64,000 nucleotides of DNA from Eledone cirrhosa (GCA_964016885.1 OZ024746.1:9362001-9426000), one strand, 5' to 3'. Positions 29,345 through 45,458 are shown, numbered from the stretch's first letter. Numbers and translations are program-made. Notes: generated by a model from the letters alone, not told the origin.

Positions 29345-29619
29345 AAATATTCAACATGTATGTACAAATGTCATACTGGATTGAGTGAGGAATAACTTTG
29401 GAGAAATAACTATTTACAGGGACATATAATGAGATATACCCCAGCAACGTCTGACAGGAAAGCGTGTGTATGTTTGTATGTGGGTGCATAACTTTTAAAT
29501 ATAGATATATTTATGTGTGTGGGTGCTGTGCGTGTGTGAGGTGTGTGTGTAAATATGTGTATTATTTATAATATATACATATATCATTATACACCTATAT
29601 ATATATATATATATCTTTA

Positions 29620-29755
29620 GAACGGCCCTTGCCATTCTGAGTTCAAATCCCGCCGAGGTTAACTTTGCTTTTCATCCCTACGGGGTCGATAAAATAAAGT
29701 ACCAGTAATGAACTGGGTATTTGCTGGCCTTGTGCCAAAAAGTAGAAACAATTAT
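29620..29755 (+). mobile_element. SINE family 1, 5'-truncated
   Basis: Consensus match. Confidence 0.85.
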
Positions 29756-29806
29756 TTAATATTAAAAATGGCTTCTGCAGGAACTGTTTTATTCGTATGA
29801 AATCAC

Positions 29807-29840
29807 CTGATGATTCCATAAGAATGAAACAGTTCTAGTC
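29807..29840 (+). ncRNA. Family A hammerhead-like motif
   Basis: CUGAUGA-UUC-CAUAA-GAAU-GAAA-CAGU-UC-UAGUC. Confidence 0.5.
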
Positions 29841-29936
29841 ATGTAGAAGACATTTCTATATTAAATAATGATGTTCACAATCTACTAATGTATTGAGTAC
29901 ATTGTTTACTATGTTTACCCAAATTTAATTCGGGAG

Positions 29937-29984
<48 letters not shown>

Positions 29985-30130
29985 TCTTTTATTCTTTTAT
30001 AGTTTTACTGTGACACGAGCTTGATTTAGTCGATCATATCGATCCCAGTACATATATTATTGATCTCTCATTTGTTGAACTGTTATGGGACGTAAAGAGT
30101 CACAGACATGTACATACACTCATATACAAT

Positions 30131-30195
<65 letters not shown>

Positions 30196-30198
<3 letters not shown>

Positions 30199-30407
30199 AG
30201 ACTGAGGTTAGCTGGACATGCTCACCGACATCCAGAGTTGACACTGCACTCAGTGCTCCTGTGGGAAGAGGGAGACCGGGGTTAACGTATGTTGATGCCC
30301 TAAGGGCACTGGTCTGTTGAAGACGCAGGACATGGCAGCGATAATGAGGGATAGAGACCGCTGGAGAGAACTCGTCCATGGATCTCGGGAATTTTACCCG
30401 CCCTAGA
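30196..30407 (+). mobile_element. RTE LINE 3' fragment in (TA)n
   Basis: RRLRLAGHAHRHPELTLHSVLLW...ttttacccgccctag, with internal deletions. Confidence 0.85.
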
Positions 30408-30605
30408 TATATATATATTTACTTAATAATGTCTCATATAAAATAATACAACCAGCTATCCACGAAATACTGATTAGTTAGCACCCCAAACACTAAATTG
30501 GGATAATACTTAGGTATATCCTAATGTTTGTTGAGTGAGATGGAGTTGGTCGGAGTATCGCTTAAGGCTTTCTCTGTTTGTGTATTGAATATATATATAT
30601 ATCCT

Positions 30606-30639
<34 letters not shown>

Positions 30640-30641
30640 CT

Positions 30642-30693
<52 letters not shown>

Positions 30694-30769
30694 AGTATAT
30701 ATATATCGGGGCCCCGTGACTGCTGAGTTCTTCCCGTTTCAACAACTAGTTCCAGACTACATATATATG

Positions 30770-30810
<41 letters not shown>

Positions 30811-31928
30811 ATTTATTTATATTTATATTTATATACAATCTACATAAAAATATTTATACTTGAATACATACATACATACATACATACATACATACATACA
30901 TACCTACATACATACATACATACATACATGCATACATACATACATACACACATACATACATACATACATACATACATACATACATACATACATACATACA
31001 TACATACGTATCTCCATACATACATACATACATACATACATACATACGTACATACGTATCTCCATACATACATACATACATGCATACATACGTATCTCCA
31101 TACATACATACATACATACATACATACATACATACATACATACATACATACGTACATACATACATACATACATACATACACATACATACGTACATACATA
31201 CATACATACATACATACATACATACATACATACACACATACATACATACATACATACTACATGCATACATACATACATACATACATACATACGTACATAC
31301 ATACATACATACATACATACCTACATACATACATACATACATACATGCATACATACATACATACATACATACATACATACATACGTACATACATGCATAC
31401 ATACGTATCTCCATAAATAGATGCCTGTATAATATATAGTATATTCGACTTGTCATCATCGTTATTATCCGTGTGTAAGTTTACAGTGCATATTCTCTTG
31501 ATTAAAGATCAAAGACTTAAACGGTAACAACAGCCAGATAAGATTGGAAAAATATCATCTGAATAACAGAGAGAACGGAAGAAAGGAATGAAAATAGTAA
31601 AAAGACAAAAAACTGTGAATGGAATAAAGAAAGTAAAGAGCTAGAACGAGGGGGAGGGTAGGGGGAGGAGATTGAAAAAAAAAAAGAAGGAAAGAAAGAA
31701 AAAAGAAAGGAAGAAGGAAAGAAGCAAGAAAAAGAAAGAAAGGAAAAGAAAGAAATAAAGAAATTAACAAAAGAAAGTAGTGTTGCGTGTAATTTGAAGA
31801 AATTGGAGTGAAAAGCTTAGAAAGGTTTGTTCGCGCATGCTTGTATGTGTTTGTGTTAAAGGTGAGTGTGGTGATGGAGTATGGGCATTTTATATATCTA
31901 TACACACACACATACACATATACATACA

Positions 31929-32034
<106 letters not shown>

Positions 32035-32071
32035 GATATATATAGAGATAAAAAGATAAATACAAACATAC

Positions 32072-32102
<31 letters not shown>

Positions 32103-32117
32103 ATTATATACACATGC

Positions 32118-32159
<42 letters not shown>

Positions 32160-33129
32160 CCGCGCGCGCTTAGGTGTCAGTGAGTGAGATGGAACACCTT
32201 TAGGTGTGAATGTACGTGTGAGATTGCATCGGTAGTAGTGTGTGTGAATTGTGTGTATATGTATATGTATATATATATGTGTGTGCGTGTGTGTGTGTAC
32301 CCGAGAGAAAGGGAGTGGTGTGGATATATATATATATATATATATATACATATGGCATTTCATCGTCATATATATATATATATATTCATTGAGAAAGTGT
32401 GAAAGTAAAAAGTATATAATAATGTGTATATGTATGCAAATAAGAGAATGTTATTGTTTACATTTATATATATGTATGTGTCTGTGTGTATGTGTGTTTG
32501 TTTTGTGCACGCGTCAGAGTGTGTGCGTGTGTTCGTGTGTCTATGGTTTGCGCACGCGTATCTCTGAGTTTGTGCGTGTGTGAATGCGAGCGTGTGCCTG
32601 TGTATATGTGTGCGTATGTGTGTGTCTGTTTGTGTTTTGCGCACGCGTGTCTGTGCTTTTTTCATGGTGACGGCGTTGTAGGTAGGAAGCAAAAAAAAAG
32701 ACAGGCAAATAAGAAAGACAAAAGAGAAAGGTGTAGGTAATAAATCAATGAAAGTGAACGAATGATCGTCTGTATTTGTGTTGGAAGAAGAAGGAAAGGA
32801 GTAATATTAGAGAGGAGGAGAATTATAAAGAGTTTGTAGGAGGGGGAGAGGGAGTGACTAGGAAAGGATCCATGTAAAGAGAAGAGAATATGTGAGAGAG
32901 GGAGAGGAAGAGGAGGGGGATTTAGAGAGAGAGAGACATAGATAGAAGATAAATAGAAAGAAAGACTGTGAGCTGCAACAGAGTGAGAGAAAAATACGAA
33001 GCATTTGAGTTTGGGAAAAAAAAAAGAGAGAGAAAGAGATAGTGAAAGATAGAGAGGGATAGAGAAAGAAAGAGAGAGAGAATGATAGAGAAGGTATATA
33101 TATAGAGAGAGACAGAGTTAGTCGACGAA

Positions 33130-33890
33130 AAACGAAGTGCGCGTGTGTTTGTGCTTGTTTGTGAGAAAGTTCAAAGAATCTATCGTAGTCTCGTCTTGAA
33201 ACTTGCCTGACTGTTTTGCTTTCGCTTTTACCAACTCCATCGCCATCACCGGTAACATCCACCGCGACTGACACCTCCACCGCCATCACCTCCAGTCTCC
33301 AGCACGCCACCCACCCCCTACCGACCTTCCAGTTTTTACGGCTGCTACTACTGATGTTGGTAGCGGCTGCTCAGCTCCACCGATGGAGGCTCCAGAACTT
33401 CAGTGCTTAGGGGATAGAGAAAGCTTGTTGCTGAGACGGCTACAACAGACATACCCAACCGCTTGTTGCAGGGGAAGAGTGACTGGTGCTGCGAGAAGGC
33501 GGCGGCGCTATGAGAGACTCAGACTTATAAATACATTCAAGCGAACACGCTTCAGCCAGCAACTACCTTTACGTTAAACGCTACCTAGTTTTATAACATG
33601 GCGGGATCGCGATGCTCCTGAAGATATCGGAGCGCTTACAAAAGGGATCACAAGGCTGTCTGCCCTTACTCTTTCTTTTCTGTCTAATATCTGGATGCCG
33701 TGGCGTTCTCTTACCACAGAACGGCCACAAACAGCGCCGTTTCTTGTACCACTGGTGATTTTTACTTTTAACCGCTGTCAACTTTACCGTGGTTGTTTCT
33801 TTCGCTGTTGCTTTTGTCATGGTCTGCTGAGCGGAAACTCTGCCGTGTCGGTTGATTTGTCGGATAGGATGATTTGCAGATGATAAAGAC
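33130..33890 (+). promoter_or_regulatory. Probable promoter-proximal region / long 5' UTR of the Cav3 gene
   Basis: GC/CpG-enriched, microsatellite-free island directly upstream of the ATG. In-frame TGA at 33870-33872. Upstream ATG ORFs are present. The transcription start site cannot be located from sequence. Confidence 0.5.
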
Positions 33891-34399
33891 ATGGCTGACG
33901 AGGTTCCCGCCGCACGAAAGTCGTCAACGCCCAGACCTAGGTCGTCTTCTTTGGTCTCCAAGATCAGAGAGGACAGCAATCTGAGCGTCAACCCTGGCTT
34001 ACAAGGGGACAGAGAAGCTGGAGCGGTGGCGAAAACCGATGAGGATATTGATACAAATACTTCTGATGTTGCCGCAGTTGTTGCTCCTTGTGCCAGTCAA
34101 CCTAACCCTACCCCCAGTAGTACGTTCAACAATATCAACAATCATAACAACAGCAACAACAACAGTAGCAGCAACAGCAGCAGTACTAGCAGCAGCAGCA
34201 GCAACAACAATAATAACATTAATAACCATAATAATCATAATAATAAATCGGCAAGAATTATTGCCAATACAACTGAAACGGTGCATGACGAACCAGAAGA
34301 GGAGGAATTACCTTACCCGGGATTTGTACCGACGGCTTTATATTGCCTCAATCAGACCAACAAATTACGTTGGGTTTGTTTGAAAATTATTACTTGGCC
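33891..34399 (+). CDS. Cav3: T-type voltage-gated calcium channel alpha-1 subunit (Cav3), first coding exon
   Basis: EEEELPYPGFVPTALYCLNQTNKLRWVCLKIITWP aligns with the Cav3 pre-IS1 motif (vertebrate LPYPALAPVVFFxLxQxxRPRSWCLRxVCNP-WFE). The exon ends in phase 2 within the Pro codon at a U12 donor. Confidence 0.92.
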
Positions 34400-34408
34400 A
34401 TATCCTTT
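34400..34408 (+). other. U12-type (AT-AC) 5' splice site
   Basis: TGG CC|ATATCCTTT is a perfect U12 donor consensus (RTATCCTTT), at the position where Cav-channel genes are known to have a minor intron. Confidence 0.9.
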
Positions 34409-34581
34409 ATAAAAGTCAATACTTTTTACAGCTGTTGCCCCTTCTTTTTCTCTCTCAAACTTCGGCATTCTCCCTGACACTTTTTCTCTCACACACACAG
34501 ACACACACACACACGCATATACATACACACACCCTCTCTCTCTCCCACACACAAGTACACATACTGACAGACACACAGACA

Positions 34582-34640
<59 letters not shown>

Positions 34641-34900
34641 GCTCCCTCTTTCTAACATTATTTGTCTTTCTAACTATTTATTTATCTATCTATTTAAACT
34701 AGCTTAATATTTCTCTTCATCTTTCTCCCAGACTTTCATTCTGTCTAATTTTCAAACACACATACACACAAACACACACATGCACACACAAACACACACA
34801 TACACACACAGACACACACACACACATACACACAAACACACACATACACACAAACACACACGCACATACACACATAAACACACACACACACAGAGACACA

Positions 34901-35015
<115 letters not shown>

Positions 35016-35722
35016 ATATGTCGCCTTGTTTTTCTTCTCTTTTTCCTTTAATATATATATTTTTAAACTTCGGAAGAAGTATTTATTACTTGGAAAAAAA
35101 AAATTGCCGAAATAGAAAGAAACGCAGAAAAAAAAAATTAAATTATGGATATCATTATCATTATTATTTTGGCACTATTGTTGTTGTTGTTATGGCGATT
35201 TTGTTGATTTTTTTTTTTTTTCAAATTGCAATTATTCAATATTAATCATTTTTTTTTAAATTGATACATAATTTTATTATTTAAATTTCTGTTTATATTT
35301 GGAAGTAGAAAAAAAAATGTGTTTATTAGAAAGTATTCTACATTTTACATTTTACTTTTTACATTTATATTAGATTTACATATTATATATTTTTGTTTTA
35401 CAGTTTTCAAGTATGAATAATAATATTGTGTTGTCACCTAATCACTTATTTTCACATGTGTAATGAAGTGATTTGCTTTCCTCTCATTATAAATATCTAT
35501 GTATAAATGGATGAACGAACGAATTGAAGAATGAATGGAGATGCATGTATACGTATTTATATATATATATATGGATGATAGATGTCTGCCTGTATGTATG
35601 TTTATATGAATGGATGAACGAATTTATGGAAGGATTTGGGGATGTATATATATATATATATATATTACACGCACATACACACACACACATATATATATAC
35701 GTATATACATGTGTATATGTGT

Positions 35723-35761
<39 letters not shown>

Positions 35762-35763
35762 AA

Positions 35764-35798
<35 letters not shown>

Positions 35799-35942
35799 AT
35801 AATATATATATATTTGTATATATATATGTATATATGTTGTATGTGTGTGAGTGTGTGTGTGTGAATGTATGTACGTATATCAAACATCCAGCTAAAGGAT
35901 CGATTTTTGTACCTGAATATATTCGTTTATATATAGACACAC

Positions 35943-36143
<201 letters not shown>

Positions 36144-36175
36144 CGTGTGTGTGTATGTGTGTGTGTATACATATA

Positions 36176-36210
<35 letters not shown>

Positions 36211-36232
36211 GTATACACACACACATACACAC

Positions 36233-36273
<41 letters not shown>

Positions 36274-36408
36274 CGCTCATATTCAACATACATGGAACAT
36301 GCAAACGCGCATATGTGCCGTATTATATGTATATGACTAAATATGTGTGTATATATATGTCTATTTGTGCGTCAGGATGCGTGTGCGTGCATATATATAT
36401 ATATATAC

Positions 36409-36491
<83 letters not shown>

Positions 36492-36654
36492 TACACATAT
36501 TCACATAAAGAACACTTCGCTATAATATACTTTCATCTATACATGTCGGTGATCATGTGTGGATCTGCATATATTGAGATACCTATATGTATGTATATAT
36601 AAATAAATACATCCATATACACAGATTGTGACTTCTCTCTCTCTCCCTCTCTCC

Positions 36655-36695
<41 letters not shown>

Positions 36696-37350
36696 TCTTT
36701 GTATAAGAGATATATATGTATAGACACGTAGATATATTCATACATACATACATAGATTTATACATACATACATACATACATACATTGATTTATACATACA
36801 TACATAGATACATACATACATACATACATACATTTATATATACATACATACATACATAGATTTATACATACATACATACATAGATACATACATACATACA
36901 CATATACATACATACATGCATATATACATTTATACATACATACATAGATTTATACATACATACATACATAGATTTATACATACATACATACATACATACA
37001 TAGATGTATACATACATACATACATACATACATACATACATACATACATACATACATACATACATACATACACATATACATACATACATACATACATACA
37101 TACATACATACATACATACATACATACATACATACACATATACATACATACATACATACATACATACATACATACATACATACATACATACATACACATA
37201 TACATACATACATACATTCATAGATATTGTTGTACCCTTGTGATTCGGCGCCAGCTGATACACATGTCAGGTTCAATAATACTAAACCCAAATCATTAGA
37301 AACAGGGACTTTCCATGTCCCCAGCAACAAACGTTCGTATGCATGTACTA

Positions 37351-37457
<107 letters not shown>

Positions 37458-37567
37458 TAAGTTATTCCGGCTGAATCGGAGGTAACCACAGTAAATAAGG
37501 TACTCAATACATACGATTTCTAAAGAATGAAACAGTTCTAGTCTTGTAGAATCTCATCTATATTAAA

Positions 37568-37599
<32 letters not shown>

Positions 37600-37714
37600 G
37601 TATGTATATATGTATATATGTATATATATATGTGTGTGCGTGTGTGTGTATGTGTGTGTATATATATTTGTATATATGTATATATATATGTATATATATA
37701 TATATATGTATATA

Positions 37715-37788
<74 letters not shown>

Positions 37789-38079
37789 CATGCATACATA
37801 CATGCATACATACATACATAGGTGGACATATGAAGGTGATCAGATCCTTTGACTTACTGGTTTCAATATGAACACACACGAAAAGAGATCAACGAGTTCA
37901 CATAGAGATTATAGAGTAAATAGCAGAATATATTCACTCTTAGCCGTTTACGGCCGCATTTCAAACCCTTTTACAATGAAATTCGTCTCTTGAACCTCGG
38001 CTATCGTAAAAATGTCAAACATTTGTAATGTTAATTTTCTCAGACTTGCATTCAATCCCATATATCCCCTACAAATTTG

Positions 38080-38172
<93 letters not shown>

Positions 38173-38895
38173 GCCCCAGGTTAAATGTGTCCCTGACCAC
38201 AACTACGCTATTTTCTAAAGCAACGTTGTTTCATGTGGATTTCATACTTTTTACAGAAGCTATCGAGTAGCTTAAGAATGTTGAGCGACTGCGTAAGGTA
38301 GAGTCTCCTTCATCGGCTGCTCATGATCATTAAGGACTTGTTATGTTTATTATATTATCCATACAGGGCGGTTGTGATTTCTAGTTGGATCTACATCTCA
38401 TGTTTTTCTTTTCTTTCTTATCTAAGATAGTAGAGTGCGATTTGAGGGAGTTTTAGATGTTATTACTATCAGGTCGAGCCATTATGTAGTGGCCTCCTCG
38501 AGTGACTTTCTATCGGTGTGATCATTAGTTATTGTACTATACATGTTGTACAAGATGATACGTTTAAGCGTGGACGGCGGGTGTCTGGATAAACTACTTT
38601 ATTATATGCAGTTCGAAACAGGGATGGCTAAACAGGCTACAACTTAAAACCCTTAGAAAAATATTTGAAAGGGTTATATGTGTCTTCCATATTTGTGAAA
38701 CCTTCCGGTGTAATCTTATATCAAGTGAGCCTCCAAGTTTTATATATGTGTGTGTCATCCAGTGCTTGTTCGAACCTTAATAAATTGAGTTCAAATCTTT
38801 GTGCTGCCATCCCCTCCGCTAGATCTCATTGAATGTTAGCTTTCACTTTGTACTTACAAATAAAGGTTCCTTCGGTCATCTTTACTCGCATACCA

Positions 38896-38929
<34 letters not shown>

Positions 38930-38931
<2 letters not shown>

Positions 38932-39085
38932 CGAAGGAAATGTGGTAAGGAACCAGGTGGACCATAACGCACCAAAGTACTCAATACTTAGGGTAGTAGA
39001 GTGGGTAATAGGAACGAGTAAGACCGCGGCGGCTTAGCCGTCGAAACGGCTTGAGCTCAGCCGTCGGGGTCTTACTCGTTCCTAT
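38930..39085. mobile_element. Family E element with inversion, in (TA)n
   Basis: aacgaaggaaatgtggtaaggaaccagg...taggaacgagtaagacc / ggtcttactcgttccta. Confidence 0.8.
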
Positions 39086-39183
39086 ATATATATATATATA
39101 TATATTGTTATACTTTGGGAGGGTCATGTTGCCAATAAGAAACACACGCACCAAGAATCTTGCTAAACAAATTCAGAAACGAA

Positions 39184-39220
<37 letters not shown>

Positions 39221-39344
39221 CACACACACATATATATATACAGTATATACAGTATATATATATATTTATACATATATATGTGCGAGTGTGTATATATATG
39301 TGTGTGTATTTGTTCGTGTGCTTGCGTGCGTGTGTATATATGTA

Positions 39345-39382
<38 letters not shown>

Positions 39383-39649
39383 ATTGTGACTTTTACTTCT
39401 GTATTTACCGGGTTCGTCTTCGTACTTATTAATCTGGAGAATATGTAGAATGCTTTGTCTTGTTATCCCTTTCAATCCTTATATAAAAAACAAAGAATCG
39501 ATCCGATAGATATTGTAAATGTCGGTTGGATAGGATGTGTTGTGGTGGTGGTCAATAGTACCAGCTGATTTACAGATACATTCCTATAAGGAAGCTAGGT
39601 ATACATGTATATAATGTTATAATAGAAGATAACACCGACAAGGAAGTAG

Positions 39650-39960
39650 ATGACAATGATGATGAGGATGGTGGTGGTGGTGGTGGTGGCGGTGTTAGTG
39701 GTGATGATGATGATGCTGGTGGTGGTGGTGATGATGATGATGGTGGTGGTGGTGGTGGTGGTGGTGTTAGTGGTGATGATGGTGATGATGATGGTGGTGG
39801 TGGTGGTGGTGGTGGTGATGATGATGATGATGGTGGTGGTGGTGTTAGTGGTGATGATGATGATGATGATTGTGGTGGTGGTGGTGGTAGTGGTGGTGGT
39901 GTTAATGGTGATGAGGATGATGATGATGATGATGATGGTGGTGATAGTGGTGGTGATGAT
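39650..39960. repeat. (GGT/GAT)n trinucleotide repeat
   Basis: Direct reading. Confidence 0.95.
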
Positions 39961-39977
39961 AAGGAGGGGGGGTTAAA

Positions 39978-40152
39978 TAATTGTTTCTACTTTTGGGCAC
40001 AAGGCCAGCAATTATCCCAGTGTATTACTGGTACTTTATTTTATCGACCCCGTAAGGATGAAAGGCAAAGTTAACCTCGGCGGGATTTGAACTCAGTCCG
40101 TAAAGGGACGTAACTGTGCTACAAAGCATGGCGTCCGACCCTCTACCGCCCT
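39978..40152 (-). mobile_element. SINE family 1
   Basis: Consensus match. Confidence 0.9.
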
Positions 40153-41199
40153 TAGGGGAGGATTTAAATAATGGTCTGAGATTTCTTAGGGTTTATTCAA
40201 TGTCTTTGGAAATATCCAACATTTTTTCTGTGCCTTCGTATTATAATTAATGTAGTCTCTCTTTCTCTAGTAAGATTTCTCTCTCTAGACAGAACCATTT
40301 CTGGATTTTACACCGTTAATAAATACTATTGTTTTTGCTGTCGTTGTTGCTGTATTCTTGTTGTTTTTGCTGTTCTTGTTGAGCCTCATATCAGCCATGG
40401 TGGAGCAATCCTATCTATGATTAAATTCGTTCCAACAAAGACCACCTCCGTTTTTTTTCTAAAGCTTGCATCGGGCTTACAATATCTTTTTTTTTTCTGA
40501 TTTATTACGTTAGACTGTGAGAATTTGAGGGAGATTTGGCTGTTATTTCTAATAGAGACGACCTCGTTGACCTGTCATTTCAACGTTCTTGGTGTTTAAC
40601 CCAAGGATATATTTGATCGAACACATTTATGTGATCAAAGGCTTTTCATCCATGGCCATCTCGTCATTTTAGGCGTATATGTGGCTTACATTATATGGTG
40701 AGGTCTTACCTGATTTAATGTCTAAATCGGGGACATTTTTCGTGAAGGTCGACTTACTACATAAAAGCTCCTAATCATTGGCTTCTAATACAATTATAAT
40801 ATATAACAAATAGTATTGTTGTTATTGTTATTGCTGTTCTTGTTGCTGTTGTTGCTATTGTTTACACCTAGGTCAGCCCTAATCGTGCAAGTTATATAAA
40901 CTCAAAGTCCCAGACAGCATTATCCGGGGTATCCATTATTATAATTGTAAAGAAAACATTATTATAATTATTGTACACCCACCTCCCCCATACTATATCG
41001 TCCTGTACCGTCTTTAATGTTTCCTTAATGTGAGCTCAGTGTAGCTAATAAAGAAATTATCATTTTTTGTTTTTCTTTTCCTTCGGTATTATTTCCGTTC
41101 CATGCCGAGTCTTTTCCTGACATCTAGGGGAAATTATTATTATTAATATTTCTAGCTCTAGCAGGACAAGTACGAAGTGAGAGGCACCCACCCTCACGT

Positions 41200-41930
41200 A
41201 ATATAATATAATATAATATAATATAATATAATATAATATAATATAATACAATATAATATAATATAATACAATATAATATAATATAATATATTATAATATA
41301 ATATAATACAATATAATATAATATAATATAATATAATATAATATAATATAATACAATAATACAATATAATATAATATAATATAATATAATACAATACAAT
41401 ATAATATAATATAATATAATATAATATAATATAATTGTTTCTACTTTTAGGCACAAGGCCAGCAATTACTCAGTACATTACTGGTACTTTATTTTATCGA
41501 CCCCATAAGGATGAAAGGCAAAGTTAACCTCGGCGGGATTTGAACTCAGATCATAAAGGGACGTAACTCTATGCTTCAAAGCATGGTGTCCGACTCTCTA
41601 CAATATAATATAATATAATATAATATAATATAAAATAATATAATATAATATAATATAATGTAATTGTTTCTACTTTTAGCACAAGGCCAGCAAATATCCA
41701 GTGCATTACTGGTACTTTATTTTATCGACCCCGTAAGGATGAAAAGCAAAGTTAACCTCGATATATGATATAATATAATACAATATAATACAATACAATA
41801 TAATATAATATTATATAATACAATATAATATAATACAATATAATATAATATAATACAATTCAATATAATATATTATAATACAATTCAATATAATATAATA
41901 TAATATAGTATAATATAATATAATATAATA
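41200..41930 (-). mobile_element. Two family 1 SINEs (41433-41601, 41662-41760) embedded in (ATAAT)n pentamer arrays
   Basis: Direct reading. Confidence 0.9.
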
Positions 41931-42164
41931 GATATTGTAAATAAATAGTGGTTTGATTAAGGAGGAGGGAACAGACATGTGTTACCAGATTCAGATTGTC
42001 TAGGTCTTATTTTATTACCTCACAAGTTTCCCTTTGAAATATATCAAAGGATCATTTGCCATAGACGAGAACAAATATTGATTTTCTTTTCTTCATTTTT
42101 TTTATCATATAATTCAACAGTTTCTTCTAACTTGCTTGTTCTTGTTATTTCTTTCTATTGCATT

Positions 42165-42343
<179 letters not shown>

Positions 42344-42472
42344 TTGGCAGATCTTCCGTAGTTTTGTCCCATATCCCAATCACTTTTATTATTTTCTCTC
42401 CGCCATTTCTCATCCCTTTCACACTTTTTCTCCTCTTGCTCACTCTACTATTTATGCATATATATGTATATG

Positions 42473-42522
<50 letters not shown>

Positions 42523-42905
42523 GAAAAGGGTCAGGACCCTGACGGCAGAGCTCAAGCCGTTTGACGGCTATTTATGGACTAAATTAAATATATATATATA
42601 TATATATATATATGCATTTATGCATACATACGCATATACATATATACATACATGAATACATGCATACATACATGAGAGAGCGACACAGGAGAATGTGTGT
42701 GTATGTATGTATGTATGTGTGTATGTATGTATGTATGTATGTATGTATGTGTGTATGTGTGTGTCTGAGGAACCAGACATTGCGTGTGTATAAATTTGAC
42801 TTAAGTTATGCAGACAAAAGTGATTTCTTTACATGTATTTTGTATATACAGATATGTTTACGTTTCTGTATATATACACAAGCATACACACACACACATA
42901 CATAC

Positions 42906-42952
<47 letters not shown>

Positions 42953-44422
42953 AGTGTGTGTGTATGTGTACATATATATATATATTCGCGTGTGTGTGGG
43001 TGGGTGCATATATATATATATATACATATGTGAGAGTGTGTATATATATATGCACACATACATGTATACGTATGAGTGTCTGCATATCTGTGCACGCGGT
43101 GTACTTATGAATGCTTCCTTTTGATTGATCCAGTTCATCTTTCATATCTTCTTTCTTCTTCTTCTTCTTCTTCTTCTTCTTCTTCTTCTTCTTCTTCTTC
43201 TTCTTCTTCTTCTTCTCTTCTTCTTCTTCTTCTTCTTCTTCTTCTTCTTCTTCTTCTTCTCTTCTTCTCCCTCTCTCCCCATCTCTTTCCCCCTCTCTGC
43301 CCATCTCTACCATCTCTATCTCCTCGCTCTCTCCCCTCCCTCTCCCTCGCCCCATCCCCCCTCTCTCTCTACATCCCCCTCTCTCTCCCCATCACTCCCC
43401 CTCTCTCTCCCTCTCTCTCACACACAGTCACTATCCATCTGCCCTTCTATGTCTCTAATCACCAACATAACTAAGTATGTCTACGTTTATAAATCCAACT
43501 TTTCTTTTTTTCTATTTCTATCTTTTCAATCCTTCCATATATTTTCCCATACTTTACAACCAGATAACTATATATGTGTCTCTACATACATACATACATA
43601 CATACATACATACATACATACATACATAGAAACAAACACATACATACAAACAAACATACATACATACATACATACATACATGCAAACATACATACATAGA
43701 AACAAACATACATACATACATACATACATACATACATAGAAACAAACATACATACATACATGCATACATGCATACATACATACATACATACATACATACA
43801 TAGAAACAAACATACATACATACATGCATACATGCATACATACATACATACATACATACATACATGCATGCATATATAGATACATACACACGTACAAACA
43901 TACATACATACATACATACATCCAATCCATTAATGGAACAGTAAAAATATGTAAAACATTCCAAACATTTTGTATCTAAAAACTGCATATACACATTTAC
44001 AGATACAAAGCATATACACATGCACACATACGACTCAAAACATCCACATCCACAGATACAATAACATCCATATCTACACATGCATGAAGACATATCTACC
44101 TAGTTGATGTTGTGTAAATTCCAATGAGAGAGTCTTGTGTCTATGTTAGAAACCGACTCTCTCTCTATTGGTAAAACTTTGTGAAATCATAAAACCAGAA
44201 GAGCATACATACATATATGAATACGTACATACATACATAAAGATATCTTCAACAAAACGTTCTTTACAACAATAAATTCTTGGATTTCATATAACTATAG
44301 GCACACACACCCTCTCCTATTCAGTAGTAGGATGAGAGATTGCAGTATAATCTTGTTTATCTTTGTTTTTTCATTAAACATTAAATCTAATATTGCTATA
44401 AAGAATATTTAGCTTTAATAAA

Positions 44423-44515
44423 TAATTGTTTCTACTTTTGGCTCAAGGCCAGCAATTACCCAGTACATTACTGGTACTTTATTTTATCGACCCCGTAAGG
44501 ATGAAAGGCAAATCA
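44423..44515 (-). mobile_element. SINE family 1, 3' half
   Basis: Consensus match. Confidence 0.85.
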
Positions 44516-45001
44516 ACCAGTACAAGGGTTGTGAATATAGTAACGATATGAAACACTGAATAACATTCAACTTAATATAGTGAGGTCAATTTGATATGTA
44601 AAAATGAAATTGCAAGCCCACAATAGCAATCATGCAACGATAAAACAATCATATGTAAAAGGGAGTCACCTCTACTAAATTATACTTTACAATAGGAATA
44701 GTGGAAGGTTTTAAAAAACGAATGTTTAATCACACTTCTTCCATTCGTTTCATAGAGGTAAAACATTAATCATACTCTCCAGTTATATCTGGAGTCTAAA
44801 GGAACATGCTACTGATTTCAGAATAAAGGGAAATATGCTTGAGATATAAATCATAAATAGGCTTTGCATGAATGAGAAGAGTTTCAGACAGAAAACCATT
44901 AATAAATCGGCAAACAATGTAAATCCTGGCTCAGAAACATTCTTGAGTACTAAAAGATCATGCCACGACTGTACCGAATGGATCAGATTGTAAGTCTTCA
45001 T

Positions 45002-45037
<36 letters not shown>

Positions 45038-45127
45038 GTGTGTGTGTGTAATGTAAAATAAGTAAGTCAAATATGTAAAATTTGGCTTCGTTTATTATAA
45101 ATTATAAATTTAGTGGTATATCTATCT

Positions 45128-45375
45128 ATCTAAGGCGGGTAAAATTCCCGAGATCCATGGACGAGTTCTCTCCAGCGGTCTCTGTCCCTCATTATCGCTG
45201 CCATATCCTGCATCTCCAACAGACCAGTGTCTGTCCTTAGGGCATCAACATATGTTAACCTTGGTCTTCCTCTTCTAGTGTGTCCATGTAGGGGCTCCCA
45301 AAGGAGCACTGAGTGCAATGTCAACTCTGGATGTCGGTGAGCATGTCCAGCCAACCTCAGTCTCCTCTGTGTCAC
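45128..45375 (-). mobile_element. RTE LINE 3' fragment
   Basis: TQRRLRLAGHAHRHPELTLHSVLLWEPLHGHTRRGRPRLTYVDALRTDTGLLEMQDMAAIMRDRDRWRELVHGSREFYPP*, with a (GATA)n tail. Confidence 0.9.
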
Positions 45376-45394
45376 TTATGTCACTTATGTCACG

Positions 45395-45454
<60 letters not shown>

Positions 45455-45458
<4 letters not shown>

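Noticed and set aside
34400-34412. 173-aa standalone protein ending PYPL*
   Set aside because: The last codons are the U12 donor and intron. The ORF is exon 1 of a much larger channel gene.
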